A stretch of 64,000 nt of DNA from Paraspadella gotoi (taxonomy: Eukaryota; Animalia; Chaetognatha), in contig CM119264.1 of assembly GCA_051294375.1 (NCBI GenBank), positions 10,358,576 through 10,422,575 on the forward strand, given 5' to 3'. The position numbers and the translations under genes were made by a program. The notes beneath the pieces are model-generated. The model was not told the origin of the DNA, ran no database searches, and was given only the letters and a program-made list of their open reading frames with translations. Position 1 is the stretch's first letter; every line of letters starts with the position of its first letter. Shown piece by piece: positions 43,206-55,577 of this stretch.

Positions 43206-44764
43206 AAGAGAAACGGAGACCGAGTGCTTGGAAACCCACGCCACCCGTTATTTCTTTTTTTCTTTTTTTTTTTTTTTATTTTCAGAGGAAAAAAGTTAGT
43301 CTTAAAGTCTAAAATATATACGTATGTACCTTTCTTACTTACAGTTTTTTTTTTTTTTTTTAACTTTAACGATCGACTTCACTTTACAATCATCAGCGTG
43401 AAACGAAGGCGAGTGAAAGTCTTGCTGACGTCTGCAACTGAAAAAAAACGAATGGGCAGCGTGAATCGTGGAACAGAAATTCAAAGAACAGAAAATCGTA
43501 GAAACGAAAATCGCAGAACATGTAAAGTAAGAACAGACAATCGTAGAACAAATGAAGGTAAAATTATGTCAAAAATTTTATAGAATATTAACCAAAATAG
43601 CGGTAGAATACGATCAAAATATTGACTTTAAAAAAAATCTAAAATATCGTAAGTCGATGAAGGAACAGGTAATTCGAGAAATACAGACAATAGCAGCGAA
43701 GAAAATCGAAAAAAGCTGGGAAAAAATCTAAAAACTCGAAAATCGCGCCAAAAACCGTTTTGTTTATCGTTCCCTCCTGACCTGACTCGCGCGGCCCCGT
43801 CAGCCGAGCCCGCCCATCGGCCGATCCGGCACCCGGCAGCCACCTCGGCCGCCCCCGGCCCTCGGCAGGCACCTCGGCGCCCCAAATCACCCGCTCAAAA
43901 ATCAGGGACCCGAGGGAAAAAAGAAAAACGCCGATTACGTGGAAAACGCGCGTAATTATATGAGAATATCGTTTATTTATGTGGGAACGTTGTTTGTTAT
44001 TTACCGATTACATTTAACGTTATATTCCGCTCGATCGCACTTCTTTTTAACTTTTTAAAAATATTTGTGTCTCTGCGTAAGAGTGAGCCTTCCGACGAAG
44101 CTTACTTGGGTTCTCGACCAAGTGGTTCATTGGTAATAAGGGAGAACTGACGTCTAACCTACCTGCAGTGGCGGATAACAGTCAGATCTGATTTGAAGCT
44201 TGCAAATAACAGCCAGAAATTCGGGCGAGATGTGTGGAACTAGGTTGTTTAATATAATCAATTAACTAAATTGTTTAATATAACCAACTTGTTTACTTTT
44301 CTCCGTCAAGCATGACAATCTTCTCTTACATGCTCAACTTAGTTTGAATCCAATTAAAACTTTACATTCACCTTCACGTTCACTTTAGGCTTCGAGTCTA
44401 ACTCGATCCTCACCATCGCATTTTCAACTCGCCGACTCTTCGATCTACGGTTTTCCGCAGTTGACTTCTCTCGACGATCACCACCACCACCACCACCACT
44501 TCCTCCATCAACACCCCCATTAACCAAAACCACCATCTCCAGCCAAACTGGGAAAAAGTGAGAGCCCAGGCCGCCCAGGGTGATGGACGCGGCTCGCTTG
44601 GGTGGCGCACTTAACCCTCCCTCTTCTACTTTATTGGGGCCATTCCGCTTTTCGAACTCTTTCCCCCCCCATTCACACCGCCAACCCTCCGAGGCGTGAC
44701 CCCCTGGATCCCCTCACCCGCCGCTGTCCTCCTCTATTTCCCCGTCCTTCATCTCGGAACTTAC

Positions 44765-44794
44765 CCTCTCACGGGAACGATTCATGAAGTATCC
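44765..44794 (-). CDS. Possible 30-nt symmetric micro-exon (GYFMNRSRER)
   Basis: ttattgcttattccAG|GGATACTTCATGAATCGTTCCCGTGAGAGG|GTAAGT; only phase 0 is open. No partner exons found, so it may be chance. Confidence 0.2.
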
Positions 44795-46374
44795 CTGGAA
44801 TAAGCAATAAATTGGCGCGAGGGGTCGGTGGTGGGCTGGTGAGATAGATGGAGAGGGAGACGATGGCTGTCGAGGTGAACATTGAAGAAGAGTGAGTTGA
44901 TGAGGTGAAGCGGTGATACGGACTGGCTGTGAGAATGTGACAAAATGGCGGACTGGCGGTGACAGATTATTCCGAACGATGCTGACTTCCGTTTTAAAAT
45001 TTAACAGCTTAATATTTTAGTTAATACATTAACATTTATTAAAAAAATCTTTCTTTCACAATTAATGGTACTTTCCATTTTTTTTTTTTGGCTTCGTTCA
45101 ATTTATTTATTTATTTTTTTATTCTTTGAAACTTCTCCATTTCCTTTCTTTTTCCTTCTTTTTCATCCTTTTTTCTTTCTTTCCTTTTTTGTTCTCTTTC
45201 TCACTTCTCTCTCTTTTTTTTTATCTCCCTCGGGAGCCGCGCATTTTTAGGTTATATGGGAAGAGAAGGTGCACTTTTGACATGTTCTCACTTCTCTATC
45301 CTCACCTCTTTTTCCGTTCGAGGGTTCGAAGCCTTCTATCTCTTCACCCTGAGTGGCCCGAGCCTTTCGCCTCTTATTTCTTCGCCTCACGAGTTTCTTT
45401 CTTTTTCTTTCTTCTCTCAATCAAAATGTGTAGTGTTTCTCTTCTTTTTTTTCTTTTAAAATAATAGTAATAGAATAAAAATATAATATATTTTTGAAAA
45501 AATTTAATCAAAAAATATATTTTATCGCAACTCGTACTTGGATTTTCTGTTAATCAGTAATAGATAATCTCATTTGCAAATTGCAGAAATGAAGTAGTGA
45601 AAATTTGTTTTTCTCGGTCTGAGTCTCGATAGTTGCTTTTATAACGACATCATGGTTGTTATAATTTTAAAGTTAAAACCAAAAGTTGTTAAAGTTTGTT
45701 TGACTATAAATCAAAATTATTACGATTAATAACGTTGAATAGACACTTCCGACTCTTTCCATTTCTCGATGTCAGAAATTATTTTAAATGTTACCCAGTG
45801 CCTTTACATAGCATTAAAATAATTAATGCATATAGTGAAATTTTATAGGGCCTTTTTCTCGGCCTAACAATATCCATTATCTCTTATGCTTGGGTCTAGC
45901 GCGACCTAATCACTTACATCAATGGCTCTTGCCTCTAACTCACCAAGTATTTCGTTGTTAAATTGTTCTCTCGAGCCGTATCGGCTTTTTTATTTATTTG
46001 GCATTTGTTTTTTAAAAAAAGATATTGTTGTTAATGTTATTAGTTTGGTAATAAATTTTGATTTTTTATTATTTATTTCCATTTTTTTTTATATATCTAT
46101 TGAGGCGACTTACCACCGGTCTCTTTCGTCTTCTACATTATTTCCATTCTCTACTTTTTAGTAGCTTCACCGTTTCTCCCGCATTCCATTCTGCTACAAC
46201 TGATATTATACTTTCTTTTCTCATCCCCGATCTCTCCCAACTTTCCTCTATCTCCAAATCTCTTTTTCGTCCTCCTTTCTTTTTTCTTTCTACTTCTCTT
46301 TCCTCTCTTTCCTCTCTTCTTTCCTTCTCGCTTCCCCTCCATTCGACGAGACTGACCGTTGAGATATTCGACTC

Positions 46375-46424
46375 ATTTGCATTTTGGCGCCTCAACTCTG
46401 ATGCGATTCCTTCGGCGCCATTTT
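46375..46424 (-). promoter_or_regulatory. Motif cluster: octamer, E2F-like, YY1-like
   Basis: ATTTGCAT 46375-46382, TTTGGCGC 46383-46390, CGCCATTTT 46416-46424. Confidence 0.25.
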
Positions 46425-47156
46425 GTCAGAATGTTCCGACTCTGCCAGACAGCGTGCGATCTTTAGTCTAGAACTTTTCCGCCTTACTGCGAGAATACAT
46501 ATCTCCGTCTTGGCATAAATTTTTTGGAGAGTTTGAATTCTGCTATTTTCGTTTACAAGAGTTAGACTCTGGAATCAAGACCTGTCAATAATATAATTTT
46601 ATATTACAATTTTATATTGGTTGTACCAATTTCATAAATTTCTTTGGGAAAACTGATAGATTCTGATTTTGCCCAAGTCCAAGGTTCTGAACTTGAGTCT
46701 CGTCCTCCATTGAATAGAAGTGAGAAGAAGCGACTATAGGCGGAACAAATCCGAAGCTAAGATCCTCCCAATCAAGATTCATCGTCCTCATGATTGGGTC
46801 ACGCGAGGCTGACCTGATTGCGCAACGAGATCGCAATGGGGGCGTTGGGATTCCCTCCGCAACGCTGACCGCTTTATTGGACCGGGTGGCGTGGCAGAAA
46901 GGGAAGAAGCGCTGTCCTATCACCCTGTCGTTTCACATTGGAAAGATGGGAATGAGAAAGAAGTCTATATACAACAACAACGACGACGCTAACAACAACA
47001 ACGACGAGGTGAGAAGAGTTCCTGAATCGGCAACTCCCACTCAACAATCGCCGAGTCTCAGCGGGATCGCGTCTGTTAAATGCTAGACTCGCTAATCCTG
47101 ACGAACACGGCTCGTCCAGTGAAAGAGGGATCTGGATCGCGGAAAGAGAGAAAGAG

Positions 47157-47157
<1 letters not shown>

Positions 47158-47223
<66 letters not shown>

Positions 47224-47225
47224 AA
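47158..47225 (+). repeat. (GAAA)n tetranucleotide microsatellite
   Basis: gaaagaaagaaa... read directly. Confidence 0.95.
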
Positions 47226-47380
47226 TAAAGTAACAAAGAAAGTAGGAGAGAAAGAGAGAGAAAGAGTTGGAAGATTTTTTGATAAGTGGATTTCCCGCGG
47301 CCCCGGACAGCTGCATTAGCGACGGATGAAAGGGATTCGAGCCAAAACAACCACGCGACAGCCGCGCGTGAGAGTGAGAG

Positions 47381-47560
47381 GAAGGTCAGGTGGGAACGAG
47401 GGGAAGGTCTGGTGGAAATTAGGGGAAGGTCAGGTGGCAATGAAGGAAAGGTCAGGTGGGAATGAATGAAAGGTCAGGTTGTAATGATGGGATGAGGAGA
47501 AGGCCCCACTATCCAGTGTCCACGTAGGAATGATGGGAAGGTCAGATGGGAATGAGGGGA
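47381..47560 (+). repeat. 22-bp minisatellite, consensus ~RAAGGTCAGGTGGGAATGARGG (mirror at ~50600-50780)
   Basis: Units start at 47381, 47403, 47425, 47447 and 47469 (period exactly 22), with another copy at 47537. Confidence 0.9.
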
Positions 47561-48374
47561 AAATGTGTGGGAAAATGAGATGTGAATGAAGTAGTGGTCA
47601 GATGGCATAGAGAAAACTAAGATGAGATAAGAAATCTACAATGCACCAAACAAAAAGTTAATGCACTCACAACAAGTTGGCCATATAAAAGACTCGCGGT
47701 CAAAAAATGAATACAAATAAAACACAAAAAAAAGATAAAATAAATAAAAAAATATGGTTTGAAAAAAAGAACATTGTTGTCATCAATGGCTTCGTCTTCA
47801 ATCAACCTATCTTAAAGACTACCTATCTTCTCATAAGTTATAACTCCATCTAGTTCATTAATTCTATCTTCTCATCTTGAGATTTTTCTGAATTTCTCAA
47901 GCTAGTTTCTAGCTCTCTATCACATTTACCATCTTCATCTTCAACATCTATCTTTCTTTCTTTTTTTTCTATCTTCCTTTCCTCCGTCTTTGGATGATGA
48001 GAACGGCTTTTATGTTCTTTAAATTAGCGGCTTAGTCCCGTTTTCTTTCTCGTATCTTTTTTTTTTTTATTCTTTATTTTATTTATTTTTCGTTCCTTTT
48101 TTTCTCCTTTTTCTTATCGCTCCTTTTCTCCTCCATCGAGCAGCTTCAGCTTCCAATTTGTCTTCAGATTTTTTCTTTAAATCTTTTTTATTTTTAGTTC
48201 GGTTCTTTCTTTTTTTCTGGGCCTTATTTTGAATCAGGGAGTTTTCCTTTTTACTTTCCCTTCACTAGTTGACTTCTTACAAATGTTTGAACCTTTTCTT
48301 AATTTATTTTTTTTAATTAAGTTTGTTTCTAACTCTCTCTCTCCTTCCCACTCTTTATCCCCCACAATCTTTTA

Positions 48375-48409
<35 letters not shown>

Positions 48410-48439
48410 CACCTCTCTCTCTATCTATATATCTATCTA

Positions 48440-48470
<31 letters not shown>

Positions 48471-48622
48471 CTATCTCTCTCTCTCTCCTTTCTTTTCTCA
48501 TCTCCATTCTCTCTCATCCTGTCCATTAACTTGCTTCCCTTTTTATCCTCTGATGTTTCCTTCTTCACTTTAACGTTTTTTGGCTCTCTCTCTCACTCTC
48601 TCTCTTCTCTCTCTCTCTCACT

Positions 48623-48679
<57 letters not shown>

Positions 48680-48959
48680 CCCCTCTCTCTCTCTCTCGTT
48701 TACTCTTTAAAAAAAAAACCTGGAGCAGTGGCTGCAAGGAAGTCCAAAAATTTAGAGGCCAGTCGCTGGTTTATCTCATTAGTCCCTCAAAGGCGTAAAA
48801 AAAAAACTCTTCCCTCCCTCCTCTCTTTCTCGCTCTCACCTCACCCATTTCTATGTACAAACTGTAAAGTCATCATGTTTTTTTCGCTGTTTATGTTTTT
48901 CTGGTCATAAACGTTGAAAACAAATCATAACAACACAACGGTTGCGCAGGAGCGGCGGC

Positions 48960-48991
48960 AAATATTTTTCACCCATTGTACCAGGTGTACA

Positions 48992-49077
<86 letters not shown>

Positions 49078-49195
49078 TCTTGTATAATCAACGACCATTC
49101 CTTCCCTTTTTGTTCCATTTTTCGACTGGCATCAGAAAAAGCGGCGGCGATCTTTTTCTGCCTCCCATTCAATTAGCGACGCGGTCGTCGCGGCG
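48960..49195. other. 236-bp unique spacer at the palindrome centre
   Basis: Left arm ends ...GCGCAGGAGCGGCGGC (48959) and right arm begins GCCGCCGCTCCTGCGC (49196). The spacer holds a (TC)n tract and two small hairpins (49133-49160, 49176-49191). Confidence 0.9.
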
Positions 49196-49473
49196 GCCGC
49201 CGCTCCTGCGCAACCGTTGTGTTGTTATTGATTTGTTTTCAACGTTTATGACCAGAAAAACATAAACAGCGAAAAAAACATGATGACTTTACAGTTTGTA
49301 CATAGAAATGGGTGAGGGAGAGCGAGAAAGAGAGGAGAGGGAAAGAGTTTTTTTTTTTACGCCTTTGAGGGACTAATGAGATAAACCAGCGACTGGCCTC
49401 TAATTTTTGGACTTCCTTGCAGCCACTGCTCCAGGTTTTTTTTTTAAAGAGTAAACGAGGAGAGAGAGAGGGG

Positions 49474-49507
<34 letters not shown>

Positions 49508-52500
49508 GAGAGAGAGAGAGAGGAGAGAGAGAGTGAGAGAGAGAGAGAGAGAGAGAGTGAGAGAGAGAGCCAAAAAACGTTAAAGTGAAGAAGGAAACAT
49601 CAGAGGATAAAAAGGGAAGCAAGTTAATGGACAGGATGAGAGAGAATGGAGATGAGAAAGAAAGGAGAGAGAGAGAGATAGATAGATAGATAGATAGATA
49701 GAGATGGAGAGAGATAGATAGATATATAGATAGAGAGGGAGAGAGAGAGTGAGTGTGAGAGAGAGAGAGAAGAGAGAGAGAGAGAAGAGAGATAGTAAAA
49801 AGATTGTGGGATAAAGAGTGGGGAAGGAGAGAGAGAGTTAGAAACAAACTTAATTAAAAAAAATAAATTAAGAAAAGGTTCAAACATTTGTAAGAAGTCA
49901 ACTAGTGAAGGGGAAAGTAAAAAGGAGAAACTCCCTGATTCAAAATAAGGCCCAGAAAAAAATGAAAGAACCGAACTAAAAATAAAAAAAGATTTAAAGA
50001 AAAAAATCTGAAGACAAATTGGAAGCTGAAGCTGCTCGATGGAGGAGAAAAGAGCGATAAGAAAAAGGAGAAAAAAAGGAACGAAAAATAAAAAAATAAA
50101 GAATAAAAAAAAAAAAGATACGAGAAAGAAAACGGGACTAAGCCGCTAATTTAAAGAACATAAAAGCCGTTCTCATCATCCAAAGACGGAGGAAAGGAAG
50201 ATAGAAAAAAAAAGAAAAAAGAATGATGTTGAAGATGAAGATGGTAAATGTGATAGAGAGCTAGAAACTAGCTTGAGAAATTCAGAAAAATCTCAAGATG
50301 AGAAGATAGAATTAATGAACTAGATGGAGTTATAACTTATGAGAAGATAGTAGTCTTTAAGATAGGTTGATTGAAGACGAAGCCATTTGATGACAACAAT
50401 GTTCTTTTTTTCAAAACCATTATTTTTTTATTTATTTTATCTTTTTTTTGTGTTTTATTGTATTCATTTTTGACCGCGATTTTATTGTTTTGAGTGCATT
50501 AACTTTTTGTTGGTGCATTGTAGATTTCTTATCTCATCTTAGTTTTTCTCTATTGCCATTCTGACCACTACTTCATTCACATCTCATTTTCCCACACATT
50601 TTCCCCTCATTCCCATCTGACCTTCCCATCATTCCTACGTGGACACTGGATAGTGGGGCCTTCTCCTCATCCCATCATTACAACCTGACCTTTCATTCAT
50701 TCCCACCTGACCTTTCCTTCATTGCCACCTGACCTTCCCCTAATTTCACCAGACCTTTCCCCTCGTTCCCACCTGACCTTCCTCTCACTCTCACGCGCGC
50801 TGTCGCGTGGTTGTTTTGGCTCGAATCCCTTTCATCCGTCGCTAATGCAGCTGTCCGCGGCCGCGGGGAAATCCACTTATCAAAAAATCTTCCAACTCTT
50901 TCTCTCTCTTTCTCTCCTACTTTCTTGTTATCTTTCTTTTTTCTTCTTTCTTTCTTTCTTTCTTTCTTTCTTTTCTTTACTTCTTTCTTTCTTTCTTTCT
51001 TTCTTTCTTTTCTTTCTTTCTCTCTTTCCCGCGATCCAGATCCCTCTTTCGCTGGACCGAGCCGTGTTCGTCAGGATTAGCGATCTAGCATTTAACAGAC
51101 GCGATCCCGCTTGAGACTCGGCGATTGTTGAGTGGGAGTTGCCGATTCAGGAACTCTTCTCACCTCGTCGTTGTTTGTTGTTAGCTCGTCGTTGTTGTTG
51201 TATATAGACTTTCTTTCTCATTCCCATTTTCCAATGTGAAACGACAGGGTGATAGGACAGCGCTTCTTCCCTTTTCTGCCACGCCACCCGGTCCAATAAA
51301 GCGGTCAGCGTTGCGGAGGGAATCCCAACCCCCATTGCGATCTCGTTGCGCAATCAGGTCAGCCTCGCGTGACCCAATCATGAGGACGATGAATCTTGAT
51401 TGGGAGGATCTTAGCTTCGCGATTTGTTCCGCCTATAGTCGCTTCTTCTCACTTCTATTCAATGGAGGACGAGACTCAAGTTCAGAAACCTTGGACTTGG
51501 GCAAAATCAGAATCTATCAGTTTTCCCAAAGAAATTTATGAAATTGGTACAACCAATATAAAATTGTAATATAAAATTATATTATTGACAGGTCTTGATT
51601 CCAGAGTCTAACTCTTGTAAACGAAAAATAGCAGAATTCAAACTCTCCAAAAAAATTTATTGCCAAGACGGAGATATGTATTCTCGCAGTAAGGCGGAAA
51701 AGTTCTAGACTAAAGATCGCCGCTGTCAGAGTGCAGATCGGAACATTCTGACAAAATGGCGCCGAAGGAATCGCATCAGAGTTGAGGCGCCAAAATGCAA
51801 ATGAGTCGAATATCTCAACGGTCAGTCTCGTCGAATGGAGGGGAAGCCGAGAAGGAAAGAAGAGAAAGAGAGGAAAGAGAAGTAGAAAGAAAAAAGAAAG
51901 GAGGACGAAAAAAAGAGATTTGGAGATAGAGGAAAGTTGGGAAGAGATCGGGATGAGAAAAGAAAGTATAACGTCGTTGTAGCAGAATGGAATGCGGAGA
52001 ATGAAACGGTTGAAGCTACTAAAAAGTTAGATGAATAATGTAGAAGTAGTTAGAATATAAAAAAAAATGGAAAATAAATAATAAAAAATCAAAATTATTA
52101 CCAAACTAATAAATTAACAACAATATCTTTTTTTAAAAAACAAATGCCAAATAAATAAAAAAGCCGATACGGCTCGAGAGAACAATTTAACAACGAAATA
52201 CTTGGTGAGTTAGAGGCAAAGAGCCATTGAGTGTAAGTGATTAGGTCGCGCTAGACCCAAGCATAAGAGATAATGGATATTGTTAGGCCGAGAAAAAGGC
52301 CCTATAAAATTTCACTATATGCATTAATTATTTTAATGCTATGTAAAGGCACTGGGTTAACATTTAAAATAATTTCTGACATCGAGAAATGAAAAAGAGT
52401 CGGAAGTTGCTATTCAACGTTATTAATTCGTAATAATTTTGATTTATAGTCAAACAAACTTTTAACAACTTTTTGGTTTTAACTTTAAAATTATAACAAC

Positions 52501-55500
52501 CATGATGTCGTTATAAAAAGCAACTATCGAGACTCAGACCGAGAAAAACAAATTTTCACTACTTCATTTTTCTGCAATTTGCAAATGAGATTAATCTATT
52601 ACTGATTAACAGGAAAATCCAAGTACGAGTTAGCGATAAAATATATTTTTGATTAAATTTTTTCAAAAATATATTATTTTTTTTCTATTACTATTATTTT
52701 AAGAAAAAAAAAAGAGAAACACTACACATTTTGATTGAGAGAAGAAAGAAAAAGAAAGAAACTCGTGAGGCGAAGAAATAAGAGGCGAAAGGCTCGGGCC
52801 ACTCAGGGTGAAGAGATAGAAGGCTTCGAAACCCCGAAACGGAAAAAGAGGTGAGGATAGAGAGTGAGACATGTCAAAAGTGCACCTTTCTTCCCATATA
52901 ACCTAAAAATGCGGCGGCTCCCGAGGGAGATAAAAAAAAAAAGAGAGAAGTGAGGAAAGAGAACAAAAAAGGAAAGAAAGAAAAAAAGATGAAAAAAGAA
53001 GGAAAAAGAAAGGAAATGGAGAAGTTTCAAAGAATAAAAAATAAATAAAATAAATTGAACGAAGCCAAAAAAAAAATGGAAAGTACCATTAATTGTGAAT
53101 AAAGATTTTTTTAATAAATGTTAATGTATTAACTAAAATATTAAGCGTTTAAATTTTAAAACGGAAGTCAGCATCGTTCGGAATAATCTGTCACCGCCAG
53201 TCCGCCATTTTGTCACATTCTGTCCGTATCACCGCTTCACCTCATCAACTCACTCTTCTTCAATGTTCACCTCGACAGCCATCGTCTCCCTCTCCATCTA
53301 TCTCACCAGCCCACCACCGACCCCTCGGCGCCAATTTATTGCTTATTCCAGGGATACTTCATGAATCGTTCCCGTGAGAGGGTTAAGTCCGAGATGAAGG
53401 ACGGGGAAATAGAGGGAGGACAGCGGCGGTGTGAGGGGATCCAGGGGGTCACGCCTCGGAGGGTGCGGTGTGAGAGGGTGGGGGAAAGAGTTCGAAAAGC
53501 GGAATGGCCCCAATAAAGTAGAAGAGGGAGGGTTAAGTGCGCCACCCAAGCGAGCCGCGTCCATCACCCTGGGCGGCCTGGGCTCTCACTTTTTCCCCAG
53601 TTTGGCTGGAGATGGTGGTTTTGGTTAATGGGGGTGTGATGGAGCGAGTGGTGGTGGTGGTGGTGGTGATCGTCGAGAGAAGTCAACTGCGGAAAACCGT
53701 AGATCGAAAGAGTCGCGAGTTTGAAAATGCGATGGTGAGGATCGAGTTAGACTCGAAGCCTAAAGTGAACGTTTGAATAATGAATGTAAAGTTTTAATTG
53801 GACTGATTAAACTGTAAAACTAAATAAGAAAAATTGCACAACGATTCAACGATAGCATTGCGGAAGCCAAATCGCAAGATTTAAATATTGAACAATGCAT
53901 TGCTTGACCGGAGAAAAGGTAAACAAGTTGGTTATATTAAACAATTAGTTAATTGATTATATTAAACAACCTAGTTCCACACATCTCGCCCGAATTTCTG
54001 GCTGTTTTTGCAAGCTTTCAAATCAGATCTGACTGTTATCCGCCACTGCAGGTAGGTTAGACGTCAGTTCTCCCTTATTACCAATGAACCACTTGGTCGA
54101 GAACCCAAGTTAAGCTTCGTCGGAAGGCTCACTTCTTACGCAGAGACACAAATATTTTTAAAAAGTTAAAAAGAAGTGCGATTCGAGCGGAATATAACGT
54201 TAAATGTAATCGGTAAATAACAAAACAACGTTCCCACATTAAATAAACGAATATTCTCATATAATTACGCGCGTTTTCCACGTAATCGGCGTTTTTTCTT
54301 TTCCCTCGGGTCCCTGATTTTTGCAGCGGCGTGATTTGGGGCGCCGAGGTGCCCTGCCGAGGGCCGGGGGCCGAGGTGGCTGCCGGGTGCCGGATCGGCC
54401 GATGGCGGGCTCGGCTGACGGGCCGCGCGAGTCAGGTCAGGAGGGAACGATAAACAAAACGGTTTTTGGCGCGATTTTTCGAGTTTTTAGATTTTTTCCC
54501 AGCTTTTTTCGATTTTCTTCGCTGCTATTGTCTGTATTTCTCGAATTACCTGTTCCTTCATCGGACTTACGATATTTTAGTTTTTTTTAAAGTCAATATT
54601 TTGATCGTATTCTACCCTATTTTGGTTAATATTCTATAAAATTTTTGACATAATTTTACCTTCATTTGTTCTACGATTGTCTGTTCTTACTTTACATGTT
54701 CTTCGCGATTTTTCGTTTCTACGATTTTCTGTTCTTTGAATTTCTGTTTCACGATTCAGGCTGCCCATTCGTTTTTTTTTTCAGTTGCAGACGTCAGCAA
54801 GACTTTCACTCGCCTTCGTTTCACGCTGATGATTGTAAAGTGAAGTCGATCGTTAAAGTTAAAAAAAAAAAACTGTAAGCTAAGAAAGGACATACGTATA
54901 TATTTTTAGACTTTAAGACTAACTTTTTTCCTCTGAAAATTAAAAAAAAAAAAAAGAAAAAAAGAAATAACGGGTGGCGTGGGTTTCCAAAGCACTCGGT
55001 CTCCGTTTCTCTTGGCGGCCATTTTTAACCCAGAGTTCGAGAAGAGACGCAAACGAAGAGGAAAATTCGGAACTTCACTTTCCGGTTGCGGTGACGTGGG
55101 AGGAGAAAGTGACCAATCGATGAGAAAAAAAGGAAAGGTTTTTATCAAAAATAAAAGTGAGACTCCCCGTTTCAAGTGTGTGTGTTTCAAGACTCAGTTG
55201 CGAGATGCATATTTAAAAAACCACTATCAGTCAACGAATTGTTTAAAAAAAATATGCAGCAAGTAAAGTTACAAAATTTAAATATCGGTTCGTAATAAAT
55301 CAAAGCTAACCAAATCCAAACCGATGTGCGACATCCCAGCAACTCTTCGTCAATTCCTCGTCGGTGGCGCTGTGTGACGGCCAGAATGGCAAAGTGCAGA
55401 GTTGGGTGGCATCGCCATCACTGATTCGACGGCGGAAATGGAACGAAGGATGATGAGTGGAACGGGAGAAAGAAACGAGGCGCCTAATGAGTCGAGGTCA

Positions 55501-55529
55501 GGAGTTTGATTGAGGAGAGAGAGAGAGAG

Positions 55530-55577
<48 letters not shown>

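Noticed and set aside
47381-47560. CRISPR-like array
   Set aside because: Units are directly adjacent with no unique spacers, the context is eukaryotic, and no cas genes are present.
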